DNA of 20,000 nucleotides from Atractiella rhizophila (Eukaryota): NCBI GenBank assembly GCA_021432655.1, contig MU271305.1, positions 79,727 to 99,726 of the forward strand, read 5' to 3'. Shown piece by piece: positions 8,892 to 18,237 of this stretch (position 1 is its first letter; each line of letters starts with the position of its first letter). The notes under the pieces were generated by a model. It saw only the letters and a program-made list of their open reading frames with translations, ran no database searches and was not told where the DNA came from. The position numbers and the translations under genes were made by a program.

Positions 8892-11710
8892 CTAACTTCC
8901 AATCCAGAGGCAAGCAATCATGCCCATCGCAACCGTTCCCAAACTGTCGGTATGCGTCCGCGTCGATCCCGATGTATCCCCATTCTGGCTACCATTCTCG
9001 CCCAACCCTCCCTGCTCGCCTGGAGAGCTATTCAAACCTCCATCCGCCGCATTGCTGGGCACGATAAACCCTTGTGAGTTAGTTTTCGTTGGCCCATCCC
9101 TCCGACTGCTAGCGGTCTCTCCTGCACCGTCTTCCGGCGTTGTCGAACTCGTGCTCGAAGGTGACGAAGTGGAGGAAGAATTGTCTGAGCTTTCTGAGGA
9201 CGTAGGAACTTCATATGCAGACGGTGAGAGGAGGGAGAATCCGACTGATGGTGGGACGGCTCGAAAGATTGTGTATACGTTTTTAAGGAAGGCAGCACCT
9301 ATGACCCAATCGGGAGAACTGGAAGAGTGTCCAGCTTCGAATATGGCTGTCATCCAGTCCCATCAACGTTATTTCTATGTATGAAGAGGATGACGAACCA
9401 CCAACACAATATTGGAGCGAAGATGAGGGATTATTATGGTCGTAGAAAGTGAAATAGCAAAAGTCATCGGACGACATGCTCCATGTCTTATTTCCGCCAA
9501 AATTGAAGCCAACAGTCACGTTCGTCCCTGCTGGATAGGCGTGCAATCCTTCGTTCCCTGAAATCATGACGGAACCAGGGATGGCGGCATATAACGCGTC
9601 TGTAACCTAGATAATTTCATCAGTTGGCAATGCACGGCTTAGCAGATAGAAGAAAGACACACGGTCACAGGGGCCGCAATGAGCGTTGTCCCGCTGTCAA
9701 TGGCTGCCGTTTGATCCCTGACACCTGCTGTGCTGCCTGCTACTAGCGGTATCGGTGTCCCATTGAGCGTCAAATTCTAGACGAAATTCCCGCCAATTAT
9801 CAGCACAACTGTCTAAGTGGCCGCTAGAAGAAAGTAAGGGAGAAGACGAACAACCACCGGCAGCTCCCAATAACTCTCTTCCGTCAACCCCACAAACTCC
9901 ACGCCCTCAAATCCATTAGCCAACAAGCTGTCGTCCCACCCTCCCAACACTAACGAACCACCATGGTCCGTCGTCCCTATTCCTGACGTCTCAGTCCTTT
10001 CTCCCGGTGCTCTCTGTTCCCATTATCTGTCAGATATGAAACAGCTGCGAGAGGGGGAAGGGGGACAAACGGTGATGTGCACCCGAAGGCGGGTTGGGAG
10101 AAGCCGTAGGAAGGATCAGTGAAGAGACGTTCCCAGTATGGCTTGTTGTTTTTGTCAGAAGAGACGAGTGCGGACCACCCGAATCCCTTCGGCACATGTC
10201 AATATCAACTTTTATGGAGGGTGAGGAGAAGCGCACCATCAATCCACTGACTGGCACTTCACTATACAACAGATCCTCAATTTGAGTCGCCATTACTTCA
10301 GCCTCAATCAGTCCTCTCGTCAAAGAACACCGTTTGAACAGTCTTACAAACAGCGCATCCCTCGACTTCCAGTCCTTCTCCAAGGCTACAGTGATCATAT
10401 CCAATCGTCCCTTGCACACGTCCACTGGCGTACGTGACATTCACAGCTTCCCCGTCCTGCTCATAACTCGTGCTTATCGTCGGATCGTAATAAGTTAAGT
10501 TATCGTAACAACCTTCCGTGCACGGAGACACTGGAACCCAAAGATCGGAGGAGCCCGTGTCAATGCTCACATTGAGGCTTTGAGGTGGCGTGCCGAGGGA
10601 CAGTGGGAGATAGTATTCGAGGCTGCGTGCAACGAAAAATGGTGTCAGTACGAGCCAATGTAAGAACTACTTTCAATCTCTATTGACACTGGTGTTGCAG
10701 GTTTGATCCAGCGCAAGAACTTCTGCCGCTCCCTCGTTACGTGCCATCTATGAACGAAGCAACTGCTTGCTATAGAACATAAGAGGATGAGATTTTGACG
10801 CAGGATGTGAGTATTGAGCCAATAGTAAATGTTTCTTGGTACGCTTGAAAAATCAAATTGTGCCCTTGCTCCTCTTTGACAAGGCACAAGCACCTGGTCC
10901 TCAAAGACAAAATGGCACGTACGGGGATGAGTTTGGAAAGGGAAGGCAGTATATGACTCTCCTTACGTCAACACGCGGTGAACAAAGGATGGGAGCATCA
11001 TCAGGATCAAGAAGCATTTCTTTGACGAGAGAGAGTCTTGACGCGTTGCTCGGCCCTCGTTCCAATGTGCTATATTATCTCAGCCCGAGACATTCAGCAG
11101 CCATTGACCTAAGTAGCAGAGTAACAGCAAAAATTGTACCCAGGCTGGTGGTTGAAGGAGAGGAGAAAAGAACAGTCAACGTCTGTCATTTACACAGAGC
11201 CGCAGAGCACGACTTTGAATAGGTGAATGAACCTCTCCTCCTTTCCTTTGTTTCCTCTTAGCAGCCAGCATGTTTTCGCACATCCCAAGAAGTAAACTCA
11301 AGTCGAACAATCACTCACTCCTGATTCGCATTCCAGATCCCCAACTCACTCGCCGCCCTCCTCCTCCTCCTACTACCCGATCCAACATCCACCGTCCTCC
11401 TCGTCCTCACCTTCTCCGCTCCACTTCCAGTAATCCCGCCCCCATCGACATCCCGCACGAGTCCATACTTGTCCCGGACCCACCTTGCCCTCCCCTCCAC
11501 CCGTTCGAACAGCGCGTCAATCTGACCGACGTCAATGTGTGGCTCTGAGACCTGCCGCCTGTGGATGAGTTGGGAGGAGAGTTGGAAGAGCGAGGGTGAA
11601 CGGTGGATGGGGATTGCACGTGATTGTTGGGATGGAAAGGGAGCGAAGGAGGGAGTGGGAGAGGCGGAGGAGATAGAAAGGACGAAGGAGAGGGCGAGGA
11701 GGTGCGCCAT
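8892..11710 (-). CDS. Secreted A1 (pepsin-family) aspartic protease with Ser/Thr-rich tail and GPI-like C-terminus
   Basis: Signal peptide MAHLLALSFVLSISSA; propeptide with RRRRR; YYLPLSLGTPPQ..IDTGSSDLWV; flap TYASG; second catalytic IDSGTT; WVIGAAFLKNVYTIF; hydrophobic C-terminus. Exons 11710-11319, 10622-10348, 10295-10237, 10186-10083, ~10011-9852, 9776-9663, 9606-9399, 9346-8892. The junction near 10011-10083 is not cleanly resolved. Confidence 0.92.
10623..11318 (-). other. Unusually long (696 nt) first intron of the aspartic protease gene
   Basis: Donor GA|gtgagt at 11318, branch actgac near 10645, acceptor cgcag|C at 10623. Splicing gives NANQD-LEYYLPLSLGTPPQ, the expected start of an A1 protease domain. 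Confidence 0.8.
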
Positions 11711-12144
11711 GGGAATAGCGTTGGAATAGTTGCAGTGATGGCTGGCGCACCCGTGTTGAGTAAGGGTACGAAGAGAAGTCCTCCCCTTTGCCAGTCGAGG
11801 GAAGGAGAAGAAACAGAAGAGAATGGAGATGGAGGGACAAAGGCTTGGCCGAAATTGAAAGTGACGTCGTCCTTCCGCCCGCAATCCCAAAATTGGGGAG
11901 CAGGTGCAGCATCAGTGCATACCAGATGACCATAAAATCAGTCCTTCTTATTGTCTCTTACTTCTGTATCGTCTACGGTGCTCTCATAGTTCGCTTCAGC
12001 AACTCAACCCGCTTTCCATATCGCTGCTTTCCAACATCACGATATGCTGCATCTCCATCTATTCATCTCATCCACAAGGTAAAGATAAGTTCCTCGTCTC
12101 CTACAGCTGCAGTAACGTCTACATATCCATTCCATTCACACGAA

Positions 12145-12742
12145 TTAAGCAGCAGCAGGTGAAACAGTCAACATCACGTTCCCCCCACCCGTCGCTCCTC
12201 CCTGAATGAGTACGCTCCCAGGAGTGGCCCCACAGTCGGCGATCAGGTTATCAAAGCCTTTAATTCCTCCATGCTCGAGTCTTCCCTTCGAGATGGAGAT
12301 GTTCGAGCCGTCGGTGGTGGATACGGACACGGTGCAGGAACCGGAGGTCGCGGTCGCGAAATCTGTTGGAAGGAATGGTGGCTAAGTTTAAGAAGAGCAT
12401 AAGAAGGAGGGAGGGTGCGACGTACTGCTGTTCACGCGCAGAAATTCGATCGCGCCGGCAATTCCTCCTGGTCCAAGTGACAGAAGTGCACTATTTATTC
12501 ACAAACAGAATATGTTTCCATGAATTCCTCGACCGTGATTTGAAGGCGACTTACACATTACAATCGTGGCTACTCAACTGTGCTCTACCAGCCGCACTGC
12601 AGACTGTCTCCCCGACAGCTTGGACTCCTCCTTGACGTTTTCTAAAGGAGGACCGCTTGATCTTCCGCTGCATTCGGCCAGCATCGGAGAGGGAGAACAG
12701 GGAGAGGAGGAGGAGGGCGAAGAAGAGGGATTGTTTGATCAT
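12145..12742 (-). CDS. Small secreted Cys-containing protein (effector-like, prepro-protein)
   Basis: Exons 12742-12555, 12490-12426, 12362-12145 with canonical introns (gtaagt..tag, gtacgt..cag). Signal peptide MIKQSLFFALLLLSLFSLSDA, basic propeptide ending in a Kex2-type KR|Q, and a mature part with 4 Cys (VCSA..DCNVALLSLG..SGSCTVSV..IADCG). Confidence 0.85.
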
Positions 12743-13262
12743 CTTCACTGTGAACTGAGTACTGAGTTCGCTTGCTTGTAATCGCTTTCAGAATTGAATT
12801 GAAAGAGGGTGTTCGAACGAAAGGAAGGTGCAGGCTCTGCCTGTGGATTGAGAAGAATAGGAGATGGAGATGGGGAAGGACAATATGATCACTCGGATGA
12901 GGAGACCATACTTTCTGTCTCCTTCCGTTTTATGGAGCTCTAAATTCCAAAACAGGACTGTTGCGTTGGTCAGATCATGATGAAGAGGCGTGTTGAGCTG
13001 CACGCCTGCCGAAGAACGGTTGCTAAGGGAGCAAGCACGTCTGAAACGCTTTCGCCGTATTCGATTTATCTCTGATTTATCAATTCCATGCCCATTTCCA
13101 GCCACTTCCCGTCTTCCGCCTTTGTTTGGGACTGGTTACAGCTTACTGTCAATTCCTCCTCTTCCCATTTTCAATGGTCATTGGTACAAGGACTCCACGA
13201 AAGAATTTTATCGATTGACGCCTCAGTGAAGGATCTGGTAGACTACATTCTCTCTGTTCACA

Positions 13263-15161
13263 TTACATCCACCTTCCGAACGACCTCCTCCTCAGTCTCT
13301 TCGCGGAGATGGCTGCACGGCATTGGTTGTTCTGGGTATCACAATCTCCCACCTATTTACGTCATGTCAGAAGCACTCTTTTGACCGTCAAACTCAGGAG
13401 CATGGAAAGAACTTACATTGAAGCTTTGTCCTCCAGAGTTGGCGAGGTTGGCGCATTGGTTATGTCTACAAACGACGGTTGGTTTTGATGTAGGGACTAT
13501 CAAGGCATGCTTACTGCACGTCGCACGACCTTCCCAATGCAGCACCGATGTTCAAGAACTCATCGTTGTTCTCGACTATGAATCCTTTCCCTCCAGCGGT
13601 GACCGGAGGGGCCTTCAATCCACCAAGATTGCCAGTGAAAGTTTGAAGGTTTCCAGCCGTGGCACCAGTTCCGCTCGAGGCCGTCTGGGTGGCAGCAGCC
13701 GCGGCTGAGGTCTTGGAAGCGACAGCTGCAGCGGAGGTGGTGGCGACCGCTCCTGAGCCTGTGTTAGAAGTGTTGATTGCGGCGTGACATTCGTTGTTCT
13801 GTTGATCGCAATCTCCAACCTATCTCACAGTTAAGCCATTCTGTCGATCAGAGGAAGAGTGGAGAAAGTACGTTGAAGCTTTGTCCACCAGAGTTGGCTA
13901 CGTTGGCGCATTGGTTATGCCTAAACTCAGGCAGTCAGACGCCATCACACTGTCGAAACAGATGTGAGGAACACGCACTGGACATCGCACGAGCGTCCAA
14001 GAGCAGCGCCAATGTTCAAGAAATCGTCGTTGCCCTCAACCTGAAATCCTCTTCCTCCAACAATCACGGCGGGAGCTGTTTTACCTCCTAAGGCGCCAGT
14101 AAACGTCTGGAGGTTCCCACTTGTGCTCGCTGCAGTTGAAGTTTCAGCAGCTGGCGAAGCGCTGGTGGAAGTCGCCCACGGCGGCAACAGAGGTGCTGGC
14201 TGTGTCGTCAGTTTCATCATCGACGCCTAGATTTCGGATTATCAGCCCTTTACCACACAGAAACACGGGAGACGTACAATCACCCTCTTCATCATCAGTG
14301 TCATCCGCAGCATCATCACCGGTATCAACGGCAGTATTATCACCAGTGTCAACAGTGGTATCATTGCCAGTTGTTGTATTCTCTCCAGCACCGGAACCAT
14401 TAACCAGTCCTCCATTGACGGGAATGACAGTGTCGATTGTGCAGACGTTGGAAGTGAAGGGGCAAGTATTCCTCGCCGTTCCCTTTAAGACTGTCGTGCC
14501 ATTTGTAGTGCTCTTGGGATCTGCGAAGAGGAGAGGATTGGCATTTGAATCTTGAGCCTGGACGAGACCATTGAGCTGCTCGTGTTTGGGAGCTTTGAGG
14601 CAGAAAATGGAGAAACGGTCCCACTGGTGGTTGGACACGGAAGTCTATGGTCCAATGTTGAATTTGCGAGGTGGACATCCAAAAGAAATAGAACTAACCA
14701 GGCTGCGTGTTCTTTTCCGCTTGCCTGAATTCGATGGCGATGTTAATGATGTTTTGCTGAACTGCAGAATCTGTTTGTGCCAGGGCGACATCGATCATCT
14801 CATCCGCGCAGTCCTGAAGGTCTTATCAGTTGACCAGCTCATTCATGGGGAAATAGAAATGACATACCTGTTGAGCGCATGGATCGGCTGCGGCGAGAAG
14901 GGAGGAGACGCACTTTCCTGCGAGGGTACCACAGGTTCCTCCGTCACAAGCGCTGGCCAGCTTGGTGAGAGATTCGGGGTGCTCGTTACCAACTTTTCTT
15001 GACATAATGCGTGAGACGATTGGCCTTCCATCCCTCTCCGGCCACCGCATGCGTGCTGGTACAGGAACTCAGATCTATTTGGGAAGCTGAATGGATGGGG
15101 GCGCACCTTCCACGCCCATAAGAGAAGTGAGAGCGAGAACGAAAACAGCAGCTGACTTCAT
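13263..15161 (-). CDS. Secreted Cys-rich protein with conserved fungal N-domain, acidic/Thr linker and two C-terminal repeats (two apparent 1-nt frameshifts)
   Basis: Signal peptide MKSAAVFVLALTSLMGVEA. Exons 15161-15107, 15055-14868, 14813-14699, 14644-14278, 14226-13979, 13920-13872, 13819-13515, 13465-13417, 13352-13263. Motifs CGTLAG..LLAAADPCAQQDCADEMID, FRQAEKNT, FCLKAPKHEQLNGLVQAQD, and 2x GNLQTFTGxLGG..FLNIGAALGRSCDVQHNQCANxANSGGQSFNVGDCDxQN. The frame needs one G removed at ~14621 and one at ~14176. Confidence 0.82.
13300..14120 (-). repeat. Internal tandem duplication of a Cys domain together with its two introns
   Basis: Repeat 1 (~14120-13780) and repeat 2 (~13655-13310) encode near-identical peptides. 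Each has introns at CA|g and after FN, with a 49-nt middle exon (13920-13872 and 13465-13417). Confidence 0.85.
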
Positions 15162-15737
15162 GTTGAGACTTGCTCGTGAATAATACGAAGTAGAGGTGGA
15201 TTTGTTATGAAGAAAGGACGGCTGAAGGGAATGTAATCGGATCTTGCCGAGTTCAAAGAAAGTGGATCTTCAACCAAGTGAAGGAAAGATAAGAAAAGAG
15301 CGCGGCTCGAAAGCGTCAAAAGAGAATGAACGATCCTTTGCGTGGAGAGATCTTGAACTGCAGACTGAGCTGACTTCGCAATGGGGACTCCAAAAAAGAC
15401 AAGTCCCTTTTTATCCTCCCTTGTCGACAAACTCGGCAGCTGCCATGAAACAAATCCCAAGAAACTTTCCGGCAAAATCGTGACAGAGATGGAACCACAT
15501 GGAACATGGCCGACGTTTCATGCCCTGGATGTCGCCCGGCCCGACAAAGGATGTCCTTCGCCACTCCAGCGGAAGACTCCAGCTGTCTTCAGCTATTTTG
15601 AGGACTGGCCATCCCCTCATTCTCAGCCGAATCTCACTTTTCATAGTGGATACTAGGAGAAGGTAGTTCCAAAGCAGTCCCAAAGCATGCAATGGAGTAT
15701 CCAACGATTCGTTCAGCCTAAATTCAAGTGCTAACAT

Positions 15738-17670
15738 CTATGAAGCAAGTTTATCATTCTTTGCGTTTGCTATCACCATGGTCAGTCTCCCTTGTTGCAT
15801 TCGGAATAAGACGGGTTTGCTTACTTTCGGGTTCGACATCGAACTCCGCTTCTATTTCACAGTCTTTCAATGTTGCTTTGTCTCCAATCCTGGCTCCTGG
15901 ACAAACGATACAATTTTCCAGTTTGACACTGTGTCCCCGAAACCATCAGCTCAGTCTTCTTGGCAAGAATGATGGAGGTGTGCGCACTTTTCGCCAATCG
16001 ATACATTTTCCATAATGACGCATCCAGTAATTTTTGCTCCTCTGCTGATATTACAGTTCTTACCGACCGTAGACCTCTTGATCGTCACCCGCTCCCCGAT
16101 CACGACGTTGTTCCCTACGATGGAGTCTGGTGAGACGACTCCGGCAGGGTATTGCATGTCGCGTATCGGTAATCTCGCAGCTAAAGCCTATACCAGACCA
16201 GTATTCAATAAGTGGTCCGCGTTGGAAACTCTTAAGAGATGGCAACGAACCATCCTATTGATCTCCATGTATCCTCCCACCTCATTTCCTCTCCGGCAAA
16301 ATCCATGATTTTTTCCCCAAACAAGAACCATGACCTTCTGCGCAACGCTAGGTGGCTGGTATCTGCTAACATCAGATCCTTCCTTCCGTTGACCTCCTCC
16401 CAAAGGACGAATAGCTAAGTGGTACTCTGGAGTCCGCATTTTCCATGGGCACTGCTCTTGGAGTCTCAGGGACATTGTGATTCCCGTGCGATGGCTCTTC
16501 AATCCAAGTTGACGATCGCTCCCATGCCTTCTTCCATCCGTCGCTCGTCTTTGTTGCAAGCGACATTGCAAAATTCGAGGATGGTTCCCCTTTGAACAGG
16601 AGGGAAGGCTGCCATTGCATCTTGCAGACGAGTGGTAGAACTTGATCCCGAAAGGAAGAGAGGAAGGGGAAGGCGTGCAGGATCGTGAGAACGCGAGGGG
16701 AGCAGAGGAAGATATGTGTGGGGAGAAGTGAGGTGGAGATGATCAATGGAGAAAATCTGTAAATGAATGAGCAATGTTCCATTGATGGGATAATTTCAGT
16801 ATTGGCGCACCGCTTCACCATCCCTTGTCGGAATGCCCACTCTTCCTCGTCTCCGGTCTCCCACCTCTCCTCGTCTTCCTCTTCGTCCTCCTCATCTTCA
16901 TCTGCATCTTCCGCCTGGTTTGTCGCCTTCTTTCTTTTCCTTCGCTTATTCGAGTCACCAACAACGATGAGTCTCCTCTCCTCCAAGTCGTCATCTTGAA
17001 CGAACGAATTTGCGAGGTTTGATTTGCGCTCCGGAGAGGCTTTCATCCCCGTGAGGATCTCTTGTACTCCTCCCTTCCGTTCCGGCAGAATAGAACCAGA
17101 CTCGCGTGTTTGGTAGAGAGTGGTAAGAAGGGAGTGATGAGAGGTGTGGGTCGCCATCAACTGGGAGATTACTGAGAGTGTCGGGCGTTGAGGAGCGGTT
17201 GGTGCACCAGGTGTAAAGAAAATGTCACATGGAAGCAAGAGAAATTGGTGGCACTTTATCAATCAAATCAGAACGTAAATAAAAGAAATAAAAAGGCATA
17301 CTTTCAGTAAACCTTTCCTATCCGCCCATCTCAAAACACCAGCAGTTCCCTCCTCATCTTCCTTTGCCGCATTTTCATCGAGACACTGCAGTTCGATCTT
17401 TGGGCTACTACTCTTCTGATTTTTCCATCCCCTAACAAACGAATTCAATGCCTGTTGTTGGTAGCTCGCTGCAAGTACCAAGAAATCTTCTACTCCTTGA
17501 GCGAGCAACCAATCGAGCACCCATTCGAGAATTGGACGGCCGCCAACTGGGAGGAAAGGCTTGATCGGAGACTGCGAGGAGGATGAGGAAGAGATGCCTG
17601 TATTTGTGAGAGGATAAAGTTCTTCGCCTGGCCCGCAAAGCACAACCGCTAGAAGAGCTGGCTTTGACAT
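15738..17670 (-). CDS. GCD1: Translation initiation factor eIF2B gamma subunit
   Basis: N-terminal nucleotidyltransferase-like AVVLCGPGEELYPL..KPFLPVGGRPILEWVLDWL..GTAGVLR..FLLLPCD; FCRRGNEVGGYMEINR; C-terminal hexapeptide beta-helix DSIVGNNVVIGERVTIKRSTVGKNCNISRGAKITGCVIM..LENCIV..LKDCEI. Exons 17670-17302, 17253-16811, 16756-16251 (+1 frame break near 16400), 16187-15988, 15928-15825, 15769-15738. Confidence 0.9.
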
Positions 17671-17817
17671 TATTTCCTTCTTCAGCAGAAGTTCGTTCAA
17701 GATTATTGCAGAGATTGTAGACGGTCGGAAAACTGGTTGACTTAGCGCATTTCGTTTCGTTTTTGTTCGCCACGCACTCCGCCGGCTCGAAAAACGACGA
17801 AATCCAGAAAAGACGAG
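17671..17817. promoter_or_regulatory. Compact bidirectional promoter between GCD1 and PAM18
   Basis: Only 147 nt separate the divergent ATGs at 17670 (-) and 17818 (+). Confidence 0.6.
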
Positions 17818-18237
17818 ATGTCACTATTCGTAGGAGCAGCAGCAGCATTGGGCCTTGGTGTAGCAGCTCGCTATGGAATACGGGCAGCAGCAAGGAATGG
17901 GTCTCAGTTTGGTCCCACTTTGACTGCATTTGCTGGATTGCACAAGAAGCAGTTAGGACGGGGGAACGAAGCTTGGATTAAGGGTGGTTTCCTCCCGAAA
18001 ATGGATAGGAAGGAGGCGAGCCAGATCCTCGGCTTGAAGTGTGTATTCTTCTCCTTTGTGATTTGGATACGTTGGTGATGACAGAATTGTAGGGATTCCC
18101 AAATTACCAAGCTGAGGCTGAAGGATGCACATCGACGTATCATGCTTGCGAATCACCCGGATAGGGGAGGGAGCCCATATCTTGCTTCGAAGATCAATGA
18201 GGCGAAGGATCTTCTGGAGAAAGAAGTTTCTCGATGA
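17818..18237 (+). CDS. PAM18: Mitochondrial import motor J-protein Pam18/Tim14
   Basis: Exons 17818-18038 and 18093-18237. [60 protein letters not shown] is the Pam18 J-domain with HPD. Confidence 0.96.

Noticed and set aside
8532..9384. Plus-strand ORFs 8532-9077 and 8920-9384
   Set aside because: Antisense shadows of the DUF6697-like gene and the protease tail; no recognisable motifs.
10845..10904. H/ACA guide for the U2 snRNA branch-recognition region
   Set aside because: The loop strands can pair with U2 AUCAAG and GUAUCUG only with several G-U pairs, the geometry does not place a U at the target position, and no H or ACA box is correctly spaced.
10990..11095. TPP riboswitch in the long intron (GGGCTGAGATAATA on - strand)
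   Set aside because: The CTGAGA motif is not followed at the proper distance by the conserved CTTGAT..GGxxAATxCCAGCG core, and the host gene has no thiamine link.
13418..15002. Plus-strand ORFs with repeated KLCPPELA..LAHWLCL
   Set aside because: They are the reverse complement of the duplicated exons of the minus-strand secreted protein.
15158..15737. Overlapping short ORFs between the repeat gene and GCD1
   Set aside because: No motifs or consistent splice structure; best read as promoter and UTR sequence.
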